Assembly (NCBI GenBank): GCA_045863235.1 | Contig: BTUM01000091.1 | Location: 1 to 29,958 of the forward strand | Source of the DNA: Candidatus Xenobia bacterium | GTDB taxonomy: Bacteria > Vulcanimicrobiota > Xenobia > Xenobiales > QWHO01 | Direction: 5' to 3' | DNA length: 29,958 nt | Shown here: positions 20,201 through 26,885 of the stretch, piece by piece | Layout of the letters: the number at the start of each line of letters is the position of its first letter | Position numbering within the stretch: the stretch's first letter is position 1 | Made by a program: the position numbers and the translations under genes | The notes under the pieces: model-generated | The model's input: only the letters and a program-made list of their open reading frames with translations | Databases searched by the model: none | What the model was told of the DNA's origin: nothing

Positions 20201-20730
20201 ATCTGCGAGACCGGCGGCACTTCCTCGAAGACCGCCCGCTGGCGGGCGAACTCGCGAAACCCGATGGGAGGCACCTCCAGGTCCATCTCCACCAGGTAGC
20301 GCATCTCGTTACCCTCGTGGCTGTAGACGAACTCCAGGGCCTGATCGGCCGGGGGAACGCGGCGGCGACTGGCGCGCACCAGGGTAAAGCTGGCATCGGG
20401 CGCGGCCTGGCCCAGCCGGGCCACGGTGAGCTGGAGTTTGCGGCTGCGTCCCGAGACCAGCACGGGAAAGGACAAAAGCAGGGCTTCTCGTCCGGCCACC
20501 TGGCCTCGCACCGAGTTGAGCGAGCCATCGAGCTGCCCGGGGACCACCAGCATGACATCAGGGGCGAAGGTGGGCTGCAGGTGGACCTGCCCGTCCTGCT
20601 GCAGAATGCGCAGGTGCCCATCGGTCGAGCTCAACTCGCTGGGGGTCTCGCCGCGGTCTTCCTCGGCCACCAACGCCGGCCGGCTGCCGCCCAGAAACAG
20701 GCGCAGACCGCGGCGAAAGCCGTCAAACAT
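17248..20730 (-). CDS. Large hypothetical protein (1160 aa) with internal duplication and HEAT-like segment
   Basis: Long ORF with protein-like composition. Its ATG overlaps the lipA stop by 8 nt. LSDSNDPVVRMQAARLMG and IARAAARSLAAL resemble HEAT repeats. Confidence 0.85.
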   Translation of the reverse strand: MFDGFRRGLRLFLGGSRPALVAEEDRGETPSELSSTDGHLRILQQDGQVHLQPTFAPDVMLVVPGQLDGSLNSVRGQVAGREALLLSFPVLVSGRSRKLQLTVARLGQAAPDASFTLVRASRRRVPPADQALEFVYSHEGNEMRYLVEMDLEVPPIGFREFARQRAVFEEVPPVSQMVAFLKATIHHRRTALRSLTSLARRVQEPHVQSMIAVMQETLSQSHDFSNPVLTDLGVDLTRVGRPINPNTLAAMTLLADIWLERLTREHLDELIERGVALETSLVAAEAAAAFLGVESEPWREIRPPLGEPDQVQRACAFLQSTVGRRTALTILADLAEDSGSERSRTRVAHLMQRVGADQVLTNDEHEALKTYLANLGRPVQPDTLAALGIYVDFEAGILSEEDIEGLTPQRGFLDTSLYGMVAISGAFDAELRPLRLEAERQSQLWEGLMQLLRLTRGGLVARFLEPDQAGVLTLCVTSPTEIVPLRSRGLTFTGEILAHLPVLDYLHEHDLEVLARACPGLMACFGSEDKKVQWRKLDSAHRATDAASRELLKGAFSFIDGYHLYNFLGRVVARTEKVQASDLRWRKDFVTLYRDQRGNAHYRFVEKLASEQELLEPPEHGQEWAGEVVEFPDLTGCPARLYEPSHDFLLGRPEERGLRQQRLDRIYDGLEAHLTRPWLWYNLAQHPQHLARLRQKLRTPSLRALLVGVVDVPTRNALVHALSGQGEARVELELAEPLLQSLDLAEMEDFAVLTILYRMCQEIELPGLRKYYHREKFRELLLDRLFALSDSNDPVVRMQAARLMGSDLVAYAPQQQLAVSYALSRFLESEKTGIARAAARSLAALSLEELAPLPETAQCRLVGGKRRAKARKKGRTVDPQELEEIQAELDDWLQSSEAALSPLSRRLADPALMASLTDQVARLNDTFRSDLSMDEHRFLMLLPEDQLDRLLGDSVRAWQDFAEERKSSLRDLLQVENLAELVGEFRGYASRRGAALENPWLLHLEPNQACAIRGKDRLSPLFARMVEGTETLLVRWLPRPEEARLLAGQPELFLHCGSLYADELMVFRSRQHRFVPMYDRDSPLRRDPAIEKDLRALAAIARQPGERAAAPAAPAPAGGAPSLTGLAITVSGVFNIPSENLRLVQTMLAGLIPRYERLQL

Positions 20731-21670
20731 TGTGGCGGGCGGCGTGGTAGGAGGAGCGCACCAGCGGGCCTGACTCCACGTAGCGATACCCCATCCCGCG
20801 GGCCAGCCGCCCCAACTCCTCGAACTCCTCGGGGGTATAGTAACGCTCCACCGGCAGGTGCTTCATGGTCGGTCGCATGTACTGGCCGATGGTGAGGATG
20901 TCGCAACCTTGCTCGCGCACCTCGGAGAAGGTGGCCAGCAGCTCCTCCCAGCTCTCGCCCAAGCCCACCATCAGGCCGCTCTTGACCAGCATGGCCGGAA
21001 AATGCTCGTCTCGGAATTCGGCCGCGCGGCGCAGCACCTCAAGGCAGCGGGCATAGACGCCCCGCGAGCGCACCCGGCGGTACAGGGAGGGAACTGTCTC
21101 GGTGTTATGGTTGAGCACGTTGGGACGGGCCTCCAGGACGCGCTGGAGGGCCGGGAGATCGCCTCCGAAGTCGGGGATCAGCACCTCGATGCGGGTGGCC
21201 GGGTTGCGCCGCCGGATGGCCTGGATGGTCTCCACGAAGTGGCCCGCCCCGAAGTCGGGCAGGTCGTCGCGGTCCACCGAGGTCACCACGGCGTGCTCCA
21301 GGCCCATGGCCTCGATGGCCTCGGCCACGTGCTCGGGCTCTTGCGCGTCCAGCTCCTGCCCGGTCTTGCCCGTCTTGACGGCGCAGTAGCCGCAGGCGCG
21401 GGTGCAGGTGTCGCCCAGGATCATGAAGGTGGCGGTGCCCTCGCTCCAACACTCGTAGATGTTCGGACAGCGAGCTTCCTGGCAGACCGTGTTGAGGGTC
21501 AGCCGGCCCATCATTTCGCGGATGCGGGCGAAATCCTCGGTGGTGCGCAGGCGGATGCGCAGCCAGTCAGGCTTGGGAGGGCGCTCGTGCCACTCCGGAT
21601 CGGAAGGCCGGGCCAGGCGCGGTTCGGGAGCGTCAGAAATGACGCGCAAAGGGACGAAAGTGTCGCTCAC
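20723..21670 (-). CDS. lipA: Lipoyl synthase (radical SAM)
   Basis: KPDWLR, CQEARCPNIYEC (CX4CX5C), CTRACGYC (CX3CX2C), TSVDRDDL, HNTETV and GPLVRSSYHA. Confidence 0.97.
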   Translation of the reverse strand: MSDTFVPLRVISDAPEPRLARPSDPEWHERPPKPDWLRIRLRTTEDFARIREMMGRLTLNTVCQEARCPNIYECWSEGTATFMILGDTCTRACGYCAVKTGKTGQELDAQEPEHVAEAIEAMGLEHAVVTSVDRDDLPDFGAGHFVETIQAIRRRNPATRIEVLIPDFGGDLPALQRVLEARPNVLNHNTETVPSLYRRVRSRGVYARCLEVLRRAAEFRDEHFPAMLVKSGLMVGLGESWEELLATFSEVREQGCDILTIGQYMRPTMKHLPVERYYTPEEFEELGRLARGMGYRYVESGPLVRSSYHAARHNV

Positions 21671-21710
21671 CCGGGCCTATTAGGTTCTGGCTTGACGGAA
21701 CCCTGCTGGG

Positions 21711-22172
21711 TTAGAAGCCGAAGCCGCCGAAGCCGCCGCCAAAGCCACCAAAGCCGCCGTAGCCGCCGAAGCTGCCCCAGCCGAAACCGAGCTGGGCATT
21801 GGCGGAGAACATGTCTTGATACAGGTTCATGAAGGAGGCGTTGCCCAGGATGGCGCTCTGCACCCGGGAGTTGTCGGTCTGGAAGATGAATGGCTGCCCG
21901 AAGCCACCGGTCTGGAAGATGAAGGGCTGGCCGACAGGGCCTGTCTGGAAGGAGAAAGGTTGGCCGCCACCCCCGGTCTGGAAGGCGAAGGGCTGGCCGC
22001 CGCCGCCGGTCTGGAAGATGAAGGGCTGGCCGCCACCCCCGGTCTGGAAGGCAAAGGGCTGGCCGACGGGGCCGGTCTGGAAGGCAAAGGGCTGGCCACC
22101 ACCGCCGGTCTGAAAGATGAACGGCTGATTGCTCTGGGGGGTGGTAAAGATGAAGCCCGGTCCGAATGCCAT
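21711..22172 (-). CDS. 153-aa Gly/Phe/Gln-rich repeat protein of unknown function
   Basis: Strong SD (GAAGAGGAGG) before ATG 22172. 11-aa repeats vary mostly at synonymous positions. C-terminal GF/GG tail. Confidence 0.85.
   Translation of the reverse strand: MAFGPGFIFTTPQSNQPFIFQTGGGGQPFAFQTGPVGQPFAFQTGGGGQPFIFQTGGGGQPFAFQTGGGGQPFSFQTGPVGQPFIFQTGGFGQPFIFQTDNSRVQSAILGNASFMNLYQDMFSANAQLGFGWGSFGGYGGFGGFGGGFGGFGF
21876..22127 (-). repeat. Coding 33-bp tandem repeat, 7 full + 1 partial copies (QPFxFQTGxxG)
   Basis: The GTCTG(G/A)AAG core recurs every 33 bp on the + strand. Confidence 0.95.
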
Positions 22173-22200
22173 GCTCGTCCTCCTCTTCCTTGAGAGCATA

Positions 22201-22209
22201 AGTATAGCA
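22201..22209 (-). promoter_or_regulatory. Extended -10 promoter for the repeat-protein gene
   Basis: Minus strand TGcTATACT, ending 28 nt upstream of the ATG. No consensus -35. Confidence 0.55.
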
Positions 22210-22231
22210 CAGCCGATGTTGCGGGTGTGTT

Positions 22232-22261
22232 AAAAAGTCGTAACTTCTGCAGGACGACTTT
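22232..22261 (-). terminator. Inverted repeat: terminator of the signalling operon or operator of the downstream promoter
   Basis: AAAGTCGT-N12-ACGACTTT, running into a T-tract on the minus strand. Confidence 0.45.
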
Positions 22262-22282
22262 GGACCTTTTGCACAAAGATCT

Positions 22283-22666
22283 CTACAAACGTTCGATGCG
22301 CTCGTCGGAGAACAGCCAGAAGTAGACGCCCGTATAGAGCCCCAGGACGGCGAACAGGGCCAGGGCAAAGCCCATCTCGTAGCCCTCGGGAATCATGCGT
22401 TGAACAAAGTTCCCCGCCAGCGACAAGGCGATCAGGCCAAATCCGAAGAGCTTGAGGAGGCTGCAGACCGTGTCGCAGTGCTCGACGATCTGGTGGCGCA
22501 GGGGCCAGGGCAGCCAGAAACCGAGCAGGGCGGCTCCCAGAACCAGTTTCCCCTCCGGTCGGAGGACGGCTACCACGCAGAGCCCCACGAAAACCAGCGC
22601 CAGCAGGAACAGGCGCACCCGGTCGCCTCGGGTCGTATTCTTGCGCAGGGTCCTCCAGCGGCTCAC
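22283..22666 (-). CDS. Small integral membrane protein (about 4 TM segments)
   Basis: Four hydrophobic stretches. GTG 22666 overlaps the kinase stop (GTGA); alternative TTG start at 22675. Confidence 0.75.
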   Translation of the reverse strand: MSRWRTLRKNTTRGDRVRLFLLALVFVGLCVVAVLRPEGKLVLGAALLGFWLPWPLRHQIVEHCDTVCSLLKLFGFGLIALSLAGNFVQRMIPEGYEMGFALALFAVLGLYTGVYFWLFSDERIERL

Positions 22667-23892
22667 TCCTGCCAATTCCTCAGCGATTGAGCCAGCTCCT
22701 GGGCCGTCTGGTAGCGCTCATCGGGTTTCTTGGCCATGGCCTTCAGGCAGATGGCCTCCAGCAGGGGTGGGACGTTGGGGTTGATGGAGCGGGGCGGCAG
22801 GGGTTGCTTGGTGAGAATGCCGGTCAAGAGCGCGTGCATCCCGCCGACGAAGGGCAACTCGCCGGTGAGCAGCTCGTACAAGATCACGCCCATGGCATAG
22901 AGATCGGTGCGCGCATCAGGCTTGCCCACCGTCTCGTCGATCTGCTCGGGGGCCATGTGGGTGGGAGTGCCCATGGCGTAACCTGACTGGGTCAGCTTGA
23001 CGGCCGAGTCGGCCAGCTTGGCCAGGCCGAAGTCCATCTGGTGTATCTGTCGGGTTGCATCCAGCATCAGGTTGGCCGGCTTGCGGTCGCGGTGCCCGAT
23101 GCCGGCCCCGTGCACCACCGCCAGAGCGTCACACACCTGGACCCCGATACGGCCGATCTCCGCCGGATCCATGGGCTTGGCCACGTCCTCCAGCGTCTCG
23201 CCCCGCACCAGCTCCATCACGATGTAGGCTGTAGGAGTGGTGCCCAGGTCGTAGATGGAGGTGACGTTGGGGTGCTGCAGCTTGGCCACCGCCCGGGCCT
23301 CCAGCATGAAACGCTTCAGGGCCTCTTCGTCGGTGACGATTTCGCGCGCGATGACCTTGACGGCCACGGGACGTTGCAGGCGCGTGTCGAAGCCGCGGAA
23401 CACCGAGCCAAAGCCGCCCTCGCCCAGCTTCTCCTCGATCTTGTAAGGTCCGAGCATGCCTCCCACGGTTACCTCGAAAGTGGGGTCGGGGGCCAGCGGG
23501 GCCAGCACCTGGTCGCGTCGGCGCGCGAGCTGGGACTGGATGCGGGCCAGGGTCACGGGAAAGTCGACCGGCTTGGTGACGTAGTCGTTGGCTCCCATGT
23601 TGAGCGCCTCCACCACCATGTCGCTTTCGCCCACGGCGCTCACCATGATGATGGGCAGCTCGTGGGCCGGCTTGTTGTAGCGCACGGTGCGCAGCACGTC
23701 CAGGCCGCTGACCTCGGGCATCATGATGTCGAGCAAAATCAGATCGATGGGATGGTTGTCGACCAGCTCGAGGGCCTTCTTGCCGTCCTCGGCCATCAAG
23801 ACCTGATAGCCCTTGCGCTCCAGGCGTCGCCCCAGAACCTCGCGGTTGTCGGGGTTGTCGTCTACCACCAGGAGCAATTCACGCTCGCTCAT
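22663..23892 (-). CDS. Response regulator receiver fused to Hanks-type Ser/Thr protein kinase
   Basis: REC: VVDD, LLDIMMP, VSA, TKP. Kinase: LGEGGFGSV, VAVK, HRDRKPAN, DFGLAK, MAPEQ, DLYAMG. Confidence 0.92.
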   Translation of the reverse strand: MSERELLLVVDDNPDNREVLGRRLERKGYQVLMAEDGKKALELVDNHPIDLILLDIMMPEVSGLDVLRTVRYNKPAHELPIIMVSAVGESDMVVEALNMGANDYVTKPVDFPVTLARIQSQLARRRDQVLAPLAPDPTFEVTVGGMLGPYKIEEKLGEGGFGSVFRGFDTRLQRPVAVKVIAREIVTDEEALKRFMLEARAVAKLQHPNVTSIYDLGTTPTAYIVMELVRGETLEDVAKPMDPAEIGRIGVQVCDALAVVHGAGIGHRDRKPANLMLDATRQIHQMDFGLAKLADSAVKLTQSGYAMGTPTHMAPEQIDETVGKPDARTDLYAMGVILYELLTGELPFVGGMHALLTGILTKQPLPPRSINPNVPPLLEAICLKAMAKKPDERYQTAQELAQSLRNWQE

Positions 23893-26885
23893 CAGTCCAC
23901 CTTGTCCTTTCGGGAGAACATTGAGTTCATCAGCTTTACCAGCTCGCCCGGTTGAAAGCCTTTTCTCAGCACGGTCCGGTCCGACCCTTCCAGCTCTCGC
24001 AATTCTTCGGCCGAGAGATCCTTGGAGGTCACCACGATGACCGGGATCGCGGCCAGCTCCGGGTCCTCGCGCAGGCGCTGGGAGAGCTCGAATCCGTCCA
24101 TCCGGGGCATCAGCAGGTCGGTCAGGATCAGCTCGCTCTTCTCTTCCTTGAGCCGCTCCAGGGCCTGCAGGCCGTCCTCGGCCTCGCGCACCCGCCAGCC
24201 CTCTAAAAGTCGCACCAGCAGCTCTCGGGCGGCCGGGTCGTCGTCCACCACCAGCGCGCTGCGCGCTGACGGCGCCAGTTGCGAGACCACCTTCAGCAGC
24301 TCATCCCGGTCCACCGGCTTGGTCAGGTAGCCGGCCGCACCCAGCGTCAGGGCCAGATCGCGGTCCACCCGGATAGAGACCAGCAGCACCGGCACGTCGG
24401 CCAGGATCGGGTCTTGCTTGAGGCTGGTGAGCACCTTCCAGCCGTCCACCCGGGGCATCAGGATGTCCAGGGTGATCAGGTGGGGGCGCACCTGGTGGGC
24501 CATATTCAGCCCCTCCGCCCCGCCCGGAGCGCAGTGGACCTCGTAGCCGGCCTTCTCCAGCGAGCGGGTCATAAGCTCGCGCGCGTCCGGATTGTCGTCG
24601 ATGACCAGCACCCGGCGAGCTGCCCCGTCCATTGGAACCGGAGCGGTCGACTCGGCAGGCTTCTCTTCCCGAGGAATCTCGGTCGAATAGCGCGGCAGGC
24701 GCATGGTAAAGGTGGTTCCCTCGCCGGCCCGACTCAGCACGCTGACGTCTCCTCCGAGCAGGCGACAGAAGTTGCGCGTCAGCATCAGCCCCAACCCGGT
24801 GCCCCCGTACTTGCGGCTGGTCGTCTCATCGGCCTGGCTGAAAGCCTGAAACAGGCGCGAAAGCTGCTCGGGAGTCATCCCGATGCCGGTATCGGCCACC
24901 TCGAAGCTGAGCCACTCGGGCCCCTCGGTGCGGGCCCGCAGGGTCACCTTGCCCTGCTCGGTGAACTTGCTGGCGTTGGAGAGCAGGTTGAAAAGGCTCT
25001 GGCGCAGCTTGGTCAGGTCGCTGCGCATGCGCCCTAGATTGGCCTGGCGCTCCACCACCAGCTGGTTGCGGTTCTTGGCCACCAGCGGCTGCACCGTGGC
25101 CACCACGTTGTCGAGCACCGGGTCGAGCTCGAACATCTCCAGCGACAGCTCCATGCGCCCGGCTTCCACCTTCGAGAGGTCCAGGATGTCCGAGATCAGC
25201 GCCAGGAGGTGCCGGGCGGCTCCCAGGATCTTGTTCAGGTCCTGCACCACCGCCGTCTCGCCCCGGTCCTGGGCGTCTTCGAGCAACATCTCGCTGTAGC
25301 CCACCACTGCGTTGAGCGGAGTGCGCAACTCGTGGCTCATGGTGGCCAGGAAGGCGCTCTTGGCATCGCTGGCCGCCTGGGCCGCCTCGCGCTCGAGCTC
25401 GGCTTCCTGCGATCGCTTGCGCTCGGTGACGTCGCGCAGGCTGACCACGATTCCGTTCACCGAGGGGTCGTGACTGTGATCTTGCACGTTCAGCTCGAAG
25501 AACTTGTCGGGCTCGGACTGCAGGCGCACCTCCAGGCTGCCGCGCACCTGGCCGGTCCAGAGACGACGGTAACCCTCCCGGTCGGCGCTGACGAGCAGAT
25601 CGTCGAGCTGGCTGGGAGCGTGGGGGATCAGCCGGGAGGTGTAGCTGAGGATCTTGCCCTCGCGGTCGAGCACGGCCAGCAGGGCCAGCGAGTTCTCCAG
25701 CAGCCAGTTGAAGTTCTCCTCGCGGGCCTTCAGCTCGCGCTGGGTCTCCCGCAGCCGCTCCTCGCGGCTGCCCAGCTGGCGGAAGAGGGCCAGGAACGAG
25801 CGGGCCAGCCGGCCCAGCTCGTCGGCGCGCCGGGTGGGGGCGCTCAGGGCCAGCCCGCCGTAGTCCCCTCGCCGGGCCGAATCGGCCGCTTCGGTCAGCT
25901 GGCTGACGCTCAGGCTGATGCGCAGGCCGATCAGGGCCACCACGGCCAGGGTCAGCAGCATCGACAGCGCGATCAGGCCCAGACCTTGCTTGATGAAGGG
26001 CACCAGGGGCGCCAGGATGGCCTCCTCGGGCAGGTTGCACACCACCGTCCAGCCGCTGAGGGGCGCTTGCTCCCAGTAGATGCGGCGCACCTCGTCGTCG
26101 ATCGTGAGCCGGCCCGCGCCCGCCCCGGGCTGGACCAGCTTGCCCTCGGGCAGATCGGCCAGCATGGCTCCCGGGCTGGTCTTGCTCACCTGCAGGCGCT
26201 CGTCGGGGTGGGCGATCACCCGACCCGAGCGGCTCACCAGGTAGAAATAGCCATTGCCGTAGCCCAGCTCGCTCTGGGCGGCCACCACGGTCTCGCGGAT
26301 CTGGTCCAGCGCCAGATCGGTTCCCGCCACGCCCACGAAGGCTCCCTTCGGGTCCAGGATGGCTCGGGTCAGGCTGACCATGGCGATGTTGGAGGCCCCC
26401 GCGTCGTAGTAGGGCTCGGTGATGTTGAGCTGGTTGGGTTTCTTGCGCGCGTCCTGGTACCACAGGAAGCTGTCCTCGTGGAAATCGTACTCCAGGTGGG
26501 CCTGAGCCGGCATGGAGTTGCGGTTGACCCACACGATCAGCGGCGCCCCGCTGGGCTCGCGTTTCTCCATGGCCAGGTAGATGCCGAAAGCGTCCTCGGT
26601 GGGGGTGTGGCTGAGCAGGGTGAGCAGGAAGGGGAAGGCGCGCGGGGCGGGATCGGCACCGTAAGGTGCCTGGAAGGCCACCAGGTCCTCGGTGAGCTGG
26701 CTGGCGGCCAGCAGGTAGTGATCCACCACCTCCCCCAGGCCCTCAACCTGGTGGCGAGCCTGCAGGTCGGCCTGGTTGACGAGCGTGCGCCGCTGGCCGT
26801 CGAGATCCACCGCCAGCACCACCAGCAGCACCAGGCAGGCCGTCATTCCCACCCGCGAGAAGAGCTTGAGGGCCAGCCCGCGCAT
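23892..26885 (-). CDS. Hybrid sensor histidine kinase (TM-Cache-TM-HAMP-PAS-HisKA-HATPase-REC-REC)
   Basis: True start taken as ATG 26885 (TGATG overlap with the upstream kinase). Motifs WYQ...TEPYYD, DELGRLARSF, MSHELRTPLN, NLLSNASKFT, DTGIG, GTGLGL, and two receiver domains. Confidence 0.92.
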   Translation of the reverse strand: MRGLALKLFSRVGMTACLVLLVVLAVDLDGQRRTLVNQADLQARHQVEGLGEVVDHYLLAASQLTEDLVAFQAPYGADPAPRAFPFLLTLLSHTPTEDAFGIYLAMEKREPSGAPLIVWVNRNSMPAQAHLEYDFHEDSFLWYQDARKKPNQLNITEPYYDAGASNIAMVSLTRAILDPKGAFVGVAGTDLALDQIRETVVAAQSELGYGNGYFYLVSRSGRVIAHPDERLQVSKTSPGAMLADLPEGKLVQPGAGAGRLTIDDEVRRIYWEQAPLSGWTVVCNLPEEAILAPLVPFIKQGLGLIALSMLLTLAVVALIGLRISLSVSQLTEAADSARRGDYGGLALSAPTRRADELGRLARSFLALFRQLGSREERLRETQRELKAREENFNWLLENSLALLAVLDREGKILSYTSRLIPHAPSQLDDLLVSADREGYRRLWTGQVRGSLEVRLQSEPDKFFELNVQDHSHDPSVNGIVVSLRDVTERKRSQEAELEREAAQAASDAKSAFLATMSHELRTPLNAVVGYSEMLLEDAQDRGETAVVQDLNKILGAARHLLALISDILDLSKVEAGRMELSLEMFELDPVLDNVVATVQPLVAKNRNQLVVERQANLGRMRSDLTKLRQSLFNLLSNASKFTEQGKVTLRARTEGPEWLSFEVADTGIGMTPEQLSRLFQAFSQADETTSRKYGGTGLGLMLTRNFCRLLGGDVSVLSRAGEGTTFTMRLPRYSTEIPREEKPAESTAPVPMDGAARRVLVIDDNPDARELMTRSLEKAGYEVHCAPGGAEGLNMAHQVRPHLITLDILMPRVDGWKVLTSLKQDPILADVPVLLVSIRVDRDLALTLGAAGYLTKPVDRDELLKVVSQLAPSARSALVVDDDPAARELLVRLLEGWRVREAEDGLQALERLKEEKSELILTDLLMPRMDGFELSQRLREDPELAAIPVIVVTSKDLSAEELRELEGSDRTVLRKGFQPGELVKLMNSMFSRKDKVD

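Noticed and set aside
20723..21670. lipA as a dedicated RiPP radical SAM maturase
   Set aside because: It has all canonical LipA motifs and no SPASM or RRE domain; no evidence of repurposing beyond adjacency.
21876..22127. CRISPR-like periodic array
   Set aside because: The 33-bp period has no unique spacers, is in frame with codon-position variation, and no cas genes are present.
22173..22199. Upstream ATG 22199 as start of the repeat protein
   Set aside because: It lies immediately after the predicted -10 box, and the strong SD points to ATG 22172.
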